From an uncultured bacterium (GTDB lineage Bacteria; Auribacterota; Erginobacteria; Erginobacterales; Erginobacteraceae), in assembly GCA_963822585.1 (NCBI GenBank), contig CAWGIE010000019.1, positions 192,001 through 256,000 of the forward strand: DNA of 64,000 bases, in the 5' to 3' direction. A program made the position numbers and the translations under genes. How positions within the stretch are numbered: the first letter of the stretch is position 1; every line of letters starts with the position of its first letter. The notes beneath the pieces are model-generated. The model did not search any database, was not told the origin of the DNA, and saw nothing but the letters and a program-made list of their open reading frames with translations. Positions 51,581 through 61,800 of this stretch are shown here, piece after piece.

Positions 51581-52263
51581 TACTGTTCAACCGTTGAACG
51601 CTGCATGACGAAAGTAACATCCGAGAGTTCCGCGATCCTGCTCAACTCCTCCACCATTCTGGGCTGATATGATGGGTCCGCCAGGCGGACCTGGTAGGCA
51701 TATTCAACCCCCTCACCCTGTAACGAATCCCGGGCGGCGACCAGCTTTCGGGAAGAGCAGTATTCGGAAAGAACCTCGCTCAGCTTCGGAATCCGGGCCG
51801 CGTCTTTTGTCGACACGAAGCGGAGCAGCCCGTCATATTCTCTCCGGGAGGCGAACGGGGCCAGGCGAAGGTAGAGCGCCGCGGCGCAGAAGAATGCCGT
51901 GCCCACGATGACCACGGTGAAGGCCTGGGCGCCGGCGGCGATGCCGATTCCCAGGCTGACGAAGATGAACATCATGTCCCGCGGTTCGCGGATCTGGGTG
52001 CGGAAACGGACGATGGCCAGGGTTCCCAGAAGCCCCAGCCCCCGGGCGAGGTTGTTCCCGATGGCCATGATGACCATGGCCGCCGCCAGGGAGCCCAGGA
52101 TCTGAGCCTGGACGAACGAACGGGAGTAGGAGAGGCCCTGGTACGTCACCCGGTACACATAGGCAACGGCGCTGGAAAGGACAAAGCAGAGGAGAAAAGA
52201 AACGATGAGCTCCTCCACCGTCAGATAACTGATCGGGCCCAGGATTCGCAACATCTGATCCAT
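51580..52263 (-). CDS. DUF4956 membrane protein
   Basis: SYSRSF, IGNNLARGLGLLGTLAIVRFRT.IREPRD, ACT-like C-terminus. Confidence 0.88.
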   Translation of the reverse strand: MDQMLRILGPISYLTVEELIVSFLLCFVLSSAVAYVYRVTYQGLSYSRSFVQAQILGSLAAAMVIMAIGNNLARGLGLLGTLAIVRFRTQIREPRDMMFIFVSLGIGIAAGAQAFTVVIVGTAFFCAAALYLRLAPFASRREYDGLLRFVSTKDAARIPKLSEVLSEYCSSRKLVAARDSLQGEGVEYAYQVRLADPSYQPRMVEELSRIAELSDVTFVMQRSTVEQ

Positions 52264-52264
52264 A

Positions 52265-52374
52265 CAAGTTAGCGCCTCCGGCGCAACTTGTAGTGTAAAG
52301 TGTAATGTTTAAAGTGTAATGAAACTTTCCACTTTATACCTTACACTCCACACTACATTATTGAAATTCCGAAA
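52265..52374. repeat. ~110-bp element, copy D
   Basis: Same as copy A; also sits 1 bp from an ATG. Confidence 0.9.
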
Positions 52375-52607
52375 CAGCAAGTTAGTTCACTTCGTTCGCA
52401 ACTTGGGGTGAAAAGGTTGCGGTTCCGCGGCTCGAATCGGTTGCGGGGGACGGTTGCGGAACCAGGCCGCCCGCAACCCTTACCCGTTCAATCCCGGTGA
52501 AACCGGGACAACCGTTCAACGATAGCCGTTTTGTTAATACATTGACATTCCGAAGCAGTAAATTCGCGCCGCCGGCGCTCATTTAGAATGCGGGCAATCA
52601 CATTCTG

Positions 52608-53384
52608 TCAGACGAACATCTCTTCAATGATACAGTCTACATTCGTCATGTCATTAAAAATCTCGTTGGCGCACATCGCGTTCGCGTACTTGCAGAACCC
52701 CACCCGGGTGAGATCGAATCGTTCCGTCAGCTCCACCATCCAGAGGGGAACGTCCCGGAATGATTTAAGCTCCAGGATCATGCCCGAGAATGGCCAGCCC
52801 ATCTCCAACGAGGAGTCCATCTTCCGCCATTTGTCTCCCGGTCCCGGCAACCGAAAACTGGTGGCCGGCCGGTAAGAAAGCCGGCGGTCGAAGGTGACTC
52901 GGGCGTATTCATCGACCGCGGGATAATAGCATTCGCGCTGATATCTGACCAGCATCACGGGTCGTGCTCCCAGCCTGGTGACCAGGCCGGTGAACTCGAG
53001 ATAAGTCTCTTTCTCCCCGGGTGACCGGAAGGGCAGGGAGAGATCCGGCTGCTGACAGATCTCTTTTCGCCAGAGGGCCGGAGGGATCGCCGACCGGCTC
53101 TTGAAGACCATTCCCTTCACTTTGCGCTTTATCTCGACAAAGACCGGGCTGCTCCGATCCTCCCGGACGTAGGTCCTGACCCTGAGTTTGAACCGGACCG
53201 GTATCTGCTCTATGCTGGCGCGGTAAAGCTCCAGCTCGGGTGTATCCAGATAAAGAGTCGTGACAACATACTCGGGGGGATCGCCCCGGGCAAAGGGGTC
53301 GGGGATGCAGAAGGGCCGGATGAAATCCCTGATGGGCGCCACCTGGGAAGGATGGATGATGTACTTCGCCTCGTGCCGTTCCAT
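52608..53384 (-). CDS. VTC-domain (TTM/CYTH) polyphosphate-polymerase-like protein
   Basis: RHEAKY, LYLDT, RFKLRVRTY, EIKRK, Y.RE, RVTFD, ILELK, CKY. Confidence 0.88.
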   Translation of the reverse strand: MERHEAKYIIHPSQVAPIRDFIRPFCIPDPFARGDPPEYVVTTLYLDTPELELYRASIEQIPVRFKLRVRTYVREDRSSPVFVEIKRKVKGMVFKSRSAIPPALWRKEICQQPDLSLPFRSPGEKETYLEFTGLVTRLGARPVMLVRYQRECYYPAVDEYARVTFDRRLSYRPATSFRLPGPGDKWRKMDSSLEMGWPFSGMILELKSFRDVPLWMVELTERFDLTRVGFCKYANAMCANEIFNDMTNVDCIIEEMFV

Positions 53385-53546
53385 AATAAATTAGCTCCCT
53401 ACGGTCGCTAATTTATGTGAATAATATTATGTTTATCAAAATATAGATTACGATACGGTTATGAGAATCAGTTCGAGTCCAGCAAATTACACTTAAACGA
53501 TAATTATAATTCCCTATAAATCCGCTTCATCAGCATAATCCGCGGT

Positions 53547-54581
53547 TTATTTTTTACTGATACGGAAGCGTTCCATGATATTATCCGCGTTCTTTACGCC
53601 GTCATAGACAACGATAATGTCGTATGCTGCCGGACCCTCCTCCATGACGGCCACTCCTTCCGCTTTCCCGTCTTCCGGCGGACGAATCTCTCCCAGCAGG
53701 CGCACTCTTCCCATCTCCGCGGCCGGGCGGTCACGGCCCGGGATCATATCCTTCCCATCCCAGTGATAAAGCCGGTATTGACCGGGGCCGTCCCCGGGCG
53801 GGCCGGCCAGGAGCAGAAATCCGTCGGAAACGCCGGCCATCCCCCGGATCCCCAACCCGTCCAATTGGACAAAAGAGAGGCTGCTGGTACGGGGGGGCGA
53901 GTTGAATTGCAGCTTCATGATGGGAACATAGTTTCCTCGAAACAGGGGACTCCGGAAACCGATGTATAGCCACCCGTTCTTTGCCGCCAGGCCTTCGATA
54001 TCAACCCCGTTCTCCTTGCCGGGGATGGCGCTGAACGGGGCAAGGACAGGGTCTTTACCGATGATGTCACGGAGGGAGATTCTTGTCTTATCGGTCTCTT
54101 TTCCCCGGGGATCGATGGTCAGCCGGTAGAGCAGGAAGCGGTTCCCGTTATCCTCGATGCGCTGGCCAAGGAGTTTATCCCGATTACGCGCGTATTTCTT
54201 GTCCGCCCTGATTCGCCCGCGCTTTAAAGAGTGCGACCCCACGACGTACACGAAATTGCCCTCTACGGCGATCCCTTCGATGTCCATCTCTTTGCCGTCT
54301 TTTTTATCGCCTTTGAAAAGCAGGAGATCGTTTGCCACCCGGTAGCCGCCGGAGGGATCCTCCTCCAGGAGTTGTACATAGTTACCGTCCCCGTCTTCGC
54401 CACCGGCTTCGTCCGATCCGATGGCCAGAAATGAACCGATCCGGGCGACCGCGCTGATATCTTCGAGGCCGATAATGATTCCTCTCAACCTGACCGGCGA
54501 TCCCGATAACGGGGTTTCACCTCGGGAAAGATCACAGAACAGTAATCCGGCGGCTATACATATTATCGGGCGAATTATCAT
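53547..54581 (-). CDS. exported DUF3616-like beta-propeller protein
   Basis: Signal peptide, EMDIEG, GSHS, ENGVDIEGLA, GFRSP, LAGP, KAEG. Confidence 0.8.
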   Translation of the reverse strand: MIIRPIICIAAGLLFCDLSRGETPLSGSPVRLRGIIIGLEDISAVARIGSFLAIGSDEAGGEDGDGNYVQLLEEDPSGGYRVANDLLLFKGDKKDGKEMDIEGIAVEGNFVYVVGSHSLKRGRIRADKKYARNRDKLLGQRIEDNGNRFLLYRLTIDPRGKETDKTRISLRDIIGKDPVLAPFSAIPGKENGVDIEGLAAKNGWLYIGFRSPLFRGNYVPIMKLQFNSPPRTSSLSFVQLDGLGIRGMAGVSDGFLLLAGPPGDGPGQYRLYHWDGKDMIPGRDRPAAEMGRVRLLGEIRPPEDGKAEGVAVMEEGPAAYDIIVVYDGVKNADNIMERFRISKK

Positions 54582-54980
54582 AATGGGAACTTAGCCCTCG
54601 CTCCGCTCGGGCAACTAAATAAAACTACGAATTACGCGAAACTTGTCCTGAGCGTAGCCGAAGGATTACACGAATTTATTTAAAATATCCCTGCACTGTC
54701 GATTCAATGCTTGCCCATTCTTATTTTTTCGGCCTCCCCCGAAGTATTAATCGGGGTAGAAAAAATAAGATTATTGTCCCGATACATTATTCAAATATAT
54801 AGATAATCGGGATCCCGATGGCTATCGGGGAAATTCCGAAGCAGCAAGTTGCGGGGGAGTTTCATGTAGTATAGCAATTTCCATCCTCACCGTCTATCGG
54901 GGACAGTCTTTACTGATAATTCCGGAATTATTATTGCCGGATGAAAACCCTGCAATCCAAGGTAGAGGCAGAACGCAATA

Positions 54981-55010
54981 CAGCCCCTCCGGGCTAACCC
55001 GGGGGGGCTG
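54981..55010 (-). terminator. GC-rich hairpin after the 1761-aa gene
   Basis: CAGCCCCTCCGGG-CTAA-CCCGGGGGGGCTG; weak U-tract. Confidence 0.5.
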
Positions 55011-55046
55011 TTGGATTGCGCCAGGCCGCTTCGTCAATCCGGCGGT

Positions 55047-58000
55047 CTATCTTGTCACCGGCAAATCGCCGGAGGCGCCGTAATAAACCCGGGAAATTCC
55101 TCTCACTGCCCAGAGGCCGCCGGTGGCCCGGAAGATGGCGATATTGTCCGCCATGTCTCCCGTGAAGTCGGCCGGGACCGGCCGGTCGCTCCCGCCCCCG
55201 AAATAGGCCCGGGTTATCCCCCGGATCGCCCAGAGGCGCGATGACATGCGGAAGATCCCGGGCTGCCAGGTCCCGCTCCCGTCATAGTCCCCGGGAATGG
55301 GCTGGTCGCCATAGGCGCCGTAATAAACCCGCCCCAGTGAACGGAACGCCCACAGGGATGACGAGGGCCGGAAGATGGCGAAGTCCTTGCTCCCGTCCCC
55401 GTTGTAGTCCCCGGGAACCGCGCTGTCCCCGGCCGTACCGAAGTACGCTCGGGCGCCGCCCCGGACCGCCCAGAGGCCGTTCCGGAAGATCCCCGCGTCC
55501 GCCGTCCCGTCCCCGTTGTAATCCCCGGGTACCGGGACGTCCAAGGGCAGCCCGTAATAGAACCGGGCGCCGCCCCGGATCGCCCAGAGATGGGTCACCG
55601 GACGGAAGATACCGATATCGGCCGTCCCGTCACCGTCGTAGTCGGCGGAGACCGGCAGGTCGTTGCCGGCCCCGAAGTAGGCCCGGGTCACTCCCCGCAC
55701 CGCCCACATCCCCCTGCTGCCCCGGAAGATCGCGATGTCCGATGTCCCGTCGCCGTCATAGTCTCCGGAATCCACCGCCGGCAAATACGGCGTCGGGCTG
55801 GGATGCGGTCCGCTGAAGTACCCGCAGGTGACCGCCTCGTAGTCGGTCCCGTGCGTGAGTTTATTCGGATTGCTGAGCTGGGCGTTCGTCTTGTCCACTT
55901 GCCAGAGTGTATTATCCAGTTCCTCCGAAGGGGCCTTGTCGCCGGTCAACCCCCAGAGGACGCCGTCGCAGCCAAAGCCGAGTCCTTCAACATCATAGAT
56001 CAGTACGGCCCCCCAGTAGGTATGGCCGATGAACGCCACCAGCGAGCCGTCGGACGGGTTGAAGATGACCAGGTGGTCGTCTTTGCCGCTGTTGTTCTCG
56101 ATCGCATACATCGTCCCGTCGGTAGGATCGAAGGCGATGTCGTCGACGTCGAGCGCCATGCCGTGGATGTCATGAAACGCTTCCAGCACGGCGTAGTCGG
56201 CGCCATTGAACGCTCCGGGAATGTGCTGCCCGGTTATCCGGTTGACCTTGATCAGAAGGTCGTTATCGCCATACTTGCGGACCGTGACGTAGAGTTCATC
56301 GGTAAAGGGGTTGAAGGACATCCCGTCGCAGTCGCTGAATATCTGGTAGCCGTGGGCCCCGTATCCGGCTCCGATATGGTTGGAGGAGACGGGGATAAAC
56401 AGCCCCGTCGTCTGATCGAGCGTCCCCAGTCGGTCGTAGTCGACCGTGTAGACCTCCCCAGTCGGATTGTGATAAGCAATCGTTTCAATACCGGTGGTGC
56501 CGGTGCTCGTGCCGATGTTGGTCTCGTTGGTGTCGGGGTTGTAGTCATAGGGATTGAGAAGGATCAGGATGTTCTTCCCGCCGCTGGCGTAGCCATACTG
56601 CGGGACCACGTAGCACCGGCAGGCTGGTGTCGCGGTCGGCGCGACAGTGGGTGTCGCCGTCGGCGGCGGAGTAGGTGTCGCCGTCGGCGGTAGGGTGGGT
56701 GTCGCCGTCGGCGGAGCGGTGGGTGTCGCCGTCGGCGGAGCGGTGGGTGTGACCGAAGGCGTCGGCGGCATGCTCGGCGTCGGGGTGACTGACGGCGTCG
56801 GCGTCGGCGTGGGTACGTCCTCGACCCGGTCGCAGAGCCACCGGTCGGCGTAGGTCGCCCCGTCCAATCCGATGTAATAGTAGGTCTCAACCATCCCGCT
56901 CAAGGGCGGCGGATAAACGTTCACCATCTGCCCGCCGTCATAGGTCACCGTCACGTAATCACCCTGCACTATATTCAGGGGTTCGCTCAGGCTCGTGAAG
57001 AGGACGGCCACCGGCTGGACCGGGTAATCGGTCACGGCCGTAAACGTGTTGGCGTTATCGTCCACCGAACCAAAGATATCGGTATCCGGCGCTTCCGCCC
57101 GCGTGATGCTCCAGCTCCAACCGGTCCCGGTACTCGCCCGTGTATTGGCGATCTGCAGATCTTCCAGGTCGTTGATCACCAGGAGTTCCTCGCAATACAT
57201 TGGCGTCGGCGTGGTGCTCGGCGTGACCGATGGAGTCGGCGTCGCGCTCGGCGTCGGCGTCGCGCTCGGCGTCGGGGTCACACTCGGCGTCGGGGTCACA
57301 CTCGGCGTCGGGGTCACGCTTGATGTCGGCGTGGCCGATGGCGTCGGAGTCACACTGGGCGTCGGAGTGACGCTGGGTGTGGGTGTTACTGAAGGTGTCG
57401 GCGTCACGCTCGGAGTCGGAGTAACGCTCGGAGTCGGTGTCGCGCTCGGTGTCGGGGTAACCGATGGAGTGGGTGTGACACTCGGCGTCGGGGTTACTGA
57501 AGGTGTGGGCGTCACGCTCGGGGTCGGTGTAATTGAAGGCGTGGGGGTGACACTCGGGGTCGGAGTTATCGAAGGCGTCGGGGTCACCGACGGGGTCGGC
57601 GTCACCGAAGGCGTCGGCGTCACGCTCGGGGTCGGTGTAATTGAAGGCGTGGGGGTGACGCTCGGGGTCGGAGTTATCGAAGGCGTCGGGGTCACCGACG
57701 GGGTCGGTGTCGGTGGAATTGAAGGCGTGGGGGTGACACTCGGGGTCGGAGTTATCGAAGGCGTCGGTGTCACCGACGGGGTCGGCGTAACCGAGGGCGT
57801 TGGCGTCACACTCGGTGTCGGCGTAATCGAAGGCGTGGGGGTGACACTCGGGGTTGGAGTTACCGAGGGAGTCGGCGTCACTGACGGTGTCGGTGTGATC
57901 GAGGGCGTCGGTGTCACTGACGGTGTCGGCGTAATCGAGGGCGTGGGCGTAACGCTCGGAGTCGGTGTGACCGATGGCGTGGGCGTGACACTGGGTGTAG

Positions 58001-60332
58001 GCGTAACTGAAGGCGTCGGCGGCATACTGGGTGTAGGCGTCACTGACGGGGTCACTGTCGGGGTGACACTCGGTGTCGGCGTCACGCTCGGGGTCGCCGT
58101 CGGGGTCGCCGTCGCGCAGGGCTCTTGCCCTAAGTTGGCGCAGGAGCCGAGCAGGACCAGGGTCATCTCGTGACAGGTGATTCCCCGGTTCGGGTTGTTG
58201 GTCGCGTACCGGATATACCCGGTATGGGTGTCGGCCGAGAAATCAACGCCCAAACCAAAAATACCGCCGCCGGCGTGATCCCCGGTCTGCTCGTAGAAGC
58301 GGCTTACCGTCTCGGAAACCGGGACCCCGTCCAGCGTGAGATCGAAAAATCCGTAGCGGTCGCCCGGCGCGCCGATATAGGTGCCGTGAGTACCGAAGTT
58401 GGAGGCGACGAAGATGTCGCTCCCGGTCTGAAGATTCAGCTCCGCCATGCTGGTCGCAACGTCTACCAGGGTGGTCGAGGTCGTGTCGTTGAAGGTCGTG
58501 GAGGCCGTCAGCGCCGCCGGCAGCTCCAGGCCGCCGGCTTCGGCGGTGCTCAGAGCGATCCCCAGCAGTGTCGCGTTCAGGGTCCGGATGGGTTTTGCCC
58601 CGTCATTCGTCCGGTGCTGTACGGTGACCGTATAGGTCCCCGCGCAAAGATTTTCGGTGAGCCCCTGCAGCACTACCTCCCCCAGATCGCCCGCATCGCT
58701 CAGGAAGCGATGCTGCTGGTCGACACCGACCGTCGTCCCGTCAACCTGGAGCCGCCAGTACCCGACTCGATCGCCGGCCCCGCCGGCCGCGTTCCCATCC
58801 GCGGCGCAGGAGACCAGGATCTTTCCCGGGATGTCCAGGGTCACGGTGCAGCTCAATCCGTCCACGTCTTCAAAGGAAGTACTGCTGGTCGTGTCCCCCG
58901 TCGCGTCAAGAACGTCCGTCCCATACTTGAACGTCGCCGATCCGTCCTCGATCGTCAGGTCGTAGGCCACCATGTCGGCATCGCGGGTGGCGATCTGAGG
59001 CTCGACCGTCCCGTCGGTCTTCTGACGGAGGCGCACGGTGTGGTTGCCGGGACTGACATTCTCAAATATGTTAACGACACCTAACAGGCCGAGGTCGTCG
59101 TCACCGCTGAGATAGCGGCCCAGGGTCTGGCTTGACCAGGTGTTGTCCATCCGCAGGTCCCAGAAACCGGTCTGGGGTTCCGTGGAACTGCCGGAATCGC
59201 AATCAAGGGAGACGAAGACGGCGATCGCGGTCGTGTCCGGCGCCCAGAGGGTCAGCTCCAGGCCGGTGTTGACGAAGGTGGTGGCGGCGGTAGCGTCGAT
59301 GGAGAGTGTACTGTGTTCCGTTCTCAGGCAGATCGTGCTCAATTCCGGCGTGGAGGAGGGAGAGGGGCTGGGCGTGACCGAGGGGGTGGGGTTCTCCGGC
59401 GAGGGGGATGGGGTGGGCGTCGTCCCGATCTGCACGCAGCCCTGGATGCTTTCATAGTCCGACCCCAGGGTCATGTGGTCGATTTCCGTCACGTACCGGG
59501 TCGGATCTCCCCCCACGTCGGTCTGGAACATCCAGATCCGGTTCCGCTGGTCGATATCGGAGGAGTTCTGTCCGGTGGTCCCCCAGAGAACGTTATTGCA
59601 GTCGAAGGTCAGCCCTTCCATGTCGTTCACGTCCTCCGAGTCGTCGGAGCGGCGCAGCCGTCCCACGTCGGTAGTGCTCCCGTCTGTCTTATCGATGATG
59701 ACCAGGCGGTCCTCGGCCCCGCTGTTGTTGTTGATGGCGTACATCACCGCGTCCGTGGAGCGGATGGCGATATCGTCGATGTCGTGAAGCGTCGGCCCCT
59801 GGTCCTCGATCACCAGGTAATCGGTGCCCGCACCCCAGGCGGCGCTGACGTGGGCGCCGGTGGCGTAGTTGACCTGGATCAGAAGATCGTCCAGATTGTC
59901 CCGCCGGACGTTGGCGTACATGATCGGCGGATCGGTCGTTTGATCAAATGCGGCGCCGTCCACGTCATCGAAGATGATGGTGCCCAGCGCGCCATTGCCG
60001 GTCCCCCATGTCGATGAGAGAGCGGAACCCACGCCGGTGATCTTGTTGACGATGTAGAGGCGGGGAGCGGTGCATCCGTACATGGTCTGGGTGATGAAGC
60101 TGCCGGCGGGATACGTCGTCATCCCCTCCATCGTGGAGGTCCCGATCCCGGTCCCGATCGCGGTCTCGCTTCCGGGGACGTCGACGTCGATCAGTGTCAG
60201 CAGATCATTGCCGGGAGGGCCCCCGCCGGTGTCCGCCACCAGGTAGAAATATTGATTCTGGGCCAGACCGGCAGTCGGCGCCAGCAGCGCCCCCGCCAGA
60301 AGGATGATCAGCCATCCGGATGTGATTCTCAT
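55047..60332 (-). CDS. giant secreted surface protein with two paralogous propeller-like domains, P/T linkers and six-repeat C-terminal module
   Basis: Signal peptide, internal domain duplication, ~305-aa TPTPSV tract, DxDGDG repeats ending GDLPVTR. Confidence 0.85.
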   Translation of the reverse strand: MRITSGWLIILLAGALLAPTAGLAQNQYFYLVADTGGGPPGNDLLTLIDVDVPGSETAIGTGIGTSTMEGMTTYPAGSFITQTMYGCTAPRLYIVNKITGVGSALSSTWGTGNGALGTIIFDDVDGAAFDQTTDPPIMYANVRRDNLDDLLIQVNYATGAHVSAAWGAGTDYLVIEDQGPTLHDIDDIAIRSTDAVMYAINNNSGAEDRLVIIDKTDGSTTDVGRLRRSDDSEDVNDMEGLTFDCNNVLWGTTGQNSSDIDQRNRIWMFQTDVGGDPTRYVTEIDHMTLGSDYESIQGCVQIGTTPTPSPSPENPTPSVTPSPSPSSTPELSTICLRTEHSTLSIDATAATTFVNTGLELTLWAPDTTAIAVFVSLDCDSGSSTEPQTGFWDLRMDNTWSSQTLGRYLSGDDDLGLLGVVNIFENVSPGNHTVRLRQKTDGTVEPQIATRDADMVAYDLTIEDGSATFKYGTDVLDATGDTTSSTSFEDVDGLSCTVTLDIPGKILVSCAADGNAAGGAGDRVGYWRLQVDGTTVGVDQQHRFLSDAGDLGEVVLQGLTENLCAGTYTVTVQHRTNDGAKPIRTLNATLLGIALSTAEAGGLELPAALTASTTFNDTTSTTLVDVATSMAELNLQTGSDIFVASNFGTHGTYIGAPGDRYGFFDLTLDGVPVSETVSRFYEQTGDHAGGGIFGLGVDFSADTHTGYIRYATNNPNRGITCHEMTLVLLGSCANLGQEPCATATPTATPSVTPTPSVTPTVTPSVTPTPSMPPTPSVTPTPSVTPTPSVTPTPSVTPTPSITPTPSVTPTPSITPTPSVTPTPSVTPTPSVTPTPSITPTPSVTPTPSVTPTPSVTPTPSITPTPSVTPTPSIPPTPTPSVTPTPSITPTPSVTPTPSITPTPSVTPTPSVTPTPSVTPTPSITPTPSVTPTPSITPTPSVTPTPSVTPTPSVTPTPSVTPTPSATPTPSVTPTPSVTPTPSVTPTPSVTPTPSVTPTPSATPTSSVTPTPSVTPTPSVTPTPSATPTPSATPTPSVTPSTTPTPMYCEELLVINDLEDLQIANTRASTGTGWSWSITRAEAPDTDIFGSVDDNANTFTAVTDYPVQPVAVLFTSLSEPLNIVQGDYVTVTYDGGQMVNVYPPPLSGMVETYYYIGLDGATYADRWLCDRVEDVPTPTPTPSVTPTPSMPPTPSVTPTAPPTATPTAPPTATPTLPPTATPTPPPTATPTVAPTATPACRCYVVPQYGYASGGKNILILLNPYDYNPDTNETNIGTSTGTTGIETIAYHNPTGEVYTVDYDRLGTLDQTTGLFIPVSSNHIGAGYGAHGYQIFSDCDGMSFNPFTDELYVTVRKYGDNDLLIKVNRITGQHIPGAFNGADYAVLEAFHDIHGMALDVDDIAFDPTDGTMYAIENNSGKDDHLVIFNPSDGSLVAFIGHTYWGAVLIYDVEGLGFGCDGVLWGLTGDKAPSEELDNTLWQVDKTNAQLSNPNKLTHGTDYEAVTCGYFSGPHPSPTPYLPAVDSGDYDGDGTSDIAIFRGSRGMWAVRGVTRAYFGAGNDLPVSADYDGDGTADIGIFRPVTHLWAIRGGARFYYGLPLDVPVPGDYNGDGTADAGIFRNGLWAVRGGARAYFGTAGDSAVPGDYNGDGSKDFAIFRPSSSLWAFRSLGRVYYGAYGDQPIPGDYDGSGTWQPGIFRMSSRLWAIRGITRAYFGGGSDRPVPADFTGDMADNIAIFRATGGLWAVRGISRVYYGASGDLPVTR

Positions 60333-60375
60333 GTTTTCCCCCCGTTATCCTTGATATTTATTCATGAAGAATGGT

Positions 60376-60786
60376 TTAACTTTTATCAGCTTTTATTGAA
60401 AGAACGCCTTCCCTTTCGTCCCCCAGCTTTTTCAAAAGGAGCGGGAGACGTTCGAGAAGGAGACTCTTCGGGATATACGTATAACCGAGCCGGTCCGTTT
60501 CCCGCCGGTATCGGTCATTATCATAAAGTGTGATCAGGATCACTTTTGTCCCGGGGAAACGTTCCTTCAACACCCCGGCCAGTTCCAGACCTCCCATTCC
60601 GGGCAGGCGGATATCGGCGATCATGAGCTGGGGAGGCTCTTCTTCCACCGCCGCCAGCGCCTTCTCCGCCGAGTCCGTCTCCGCGCTCACCCGGATGAAA
60701 TCGAATTGGGAGAGCAGTCCCCGAAGAAATTCCCGGAAGGCGGGATTGTCATCGATAATAATGGCGTTAAGTGCCTTTTCAGACAT
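60376..60786 (-). CDS. single-domain response regulator (receiver)
   Basis: IIDD, DIRLPGMGG, ITLY, PK; no output domain. Confidence 0.88.
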   Translation of the reverse strand: MSEKALNAIIIDDNPAFREFLRGLLSQFDFIRVSAETDSAEKALAAVEEEPPQLMIADIRLPGMGGLELAGVLKERFPGTKVILITLYDNDRYRRETDRLGYTYIPKSLLLERLPLLLKKLGDEREGVLSIKADKS

Positions 60787-60792
60787 GTAGTC

Positions 60793-60838
60793 ATTATGAC
60801 AGAGGGGGGAATTCTGTAAATCCCCCCCAAAGGGGGAT
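60793..60838 (-). promoter_or_regulatory. palindromic activator box abutting -35; probably leaderless promoter
   Basis: ATCCCCC-N5-GGGGGAT, TTTACA-16-CATAAT with TG extension; ATG starts 7 nt after the -10. Confidence 0.65.
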
Positions 60839-61134
60839 TTTTCTAAAAAAGAAAAGATGAACGTTCAACATTCAACGTTCAACGTCGACACCCGATAACC
60901 CATTTCCAAATGGATGAAGCGGATATCGAGTGCCTACTTGGATATTGGAGGTTGGCCATTGGAAATTGGAGATTCATTAAAAGTACGCGGCAGGGGAACA
61001 TAATCAGTGCAATCTGTGAAAACTTGTGGTGAGCGAAGTCGAATCCATCTGTGGACTGAATAGGGGGCGCGGCGGGGGAACTTTTGCGGTTTTTGCGCCT
61101 TTTTGCGGCTAACAATAAAGGGGGGCCGGGTGGA

Positions 61135-61788
61135 TTATTCCGGGACGGGACCGAGACGCTCACGGTGGGCAAAGGCGATCAATTCGGAATGCTTGTGGAG
61201 TTGGAGCTTGCGCATGATATTCTTCCGATGGGTCTTGACCGTCTCCGCGCTGATGAAAAGCTTTTCCGCGATATCGCTCCGGGCAGCTCCGGCGGCAATC
61301 AGGCTCAGGACCTGCCTCTCCCTCCCCGAGAGATCTTCCAGCCGGCTTTTTACGGCCTGCCGGCCGGACTCCATCAGTTCATCGGCCACGATCTCCCGGA
61401 GTTCCGGGCTGACGTAATGCTTCCCCTCCATTACCCGGTCGAGGGCGTCAACCAATTCGTCCACGGCCTCGCTTTTCAGAAGATACCCCGAAACGCCCAG
61501 ACGCAGGGCGGAGACAACATATTTTTTCTCCCGGTGGATGGAGAGGATGAGAATCCTGACCCGGGGGAGAAACTTCCTGATCTGTGATACAGCCTCCAGG
61601 CCGTGCAGACCCGGCATCCCGATGTCCATGATGATCAGATCGGGCCGGTGCCGCCGCGCCTGCTCGACGGTCTCCAGGCCGTCACCCACCTGGGCGACGA
61701 TGGTATGGCTGGTATACTTGGTAATGACCGTCGCCAAGCCAGCCCGGACCACTTCATGGTCGTCGGCCAATAAGATCTTTTTAGGCAT
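61135..61788 (-). CDS. NarL/LuxR-family DNA-binding response regulator
   Basis: LADDH.VVR, MDIGMP, GYLLK, LSGRERQVL, IAEKLFISAETVKTHRKNIMRKL. Confidence 0.95.
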   Translation of the reverse strand: MPKKILLADDHEVVRAGLATVITKYTSHTIVAQVGDGLETVEQARRHRPDLIIMDIGMPGLHGLEAVSQIRKFLPRVRILILSIHREKKYVVSALRLGVSGYLLKSEAVDELVDALDRVMEGKHYVSPELREIVADELMESGRQAVKSRLEDLSGRERQVLSLIAAGAARSDIAEKLFISAETVKTHRKNIMRKLQLHKHSELIAFAHRERLGPVPE

Positions 61789-61800
61789 TATAATTCATTC

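Noticed and set aside
21694..52374. Repeats as a CRISPR array
   Set aside because: The copies are dispersed, ~110 bp long, have no repeat-spacer periodicity, and no cas genes are present.
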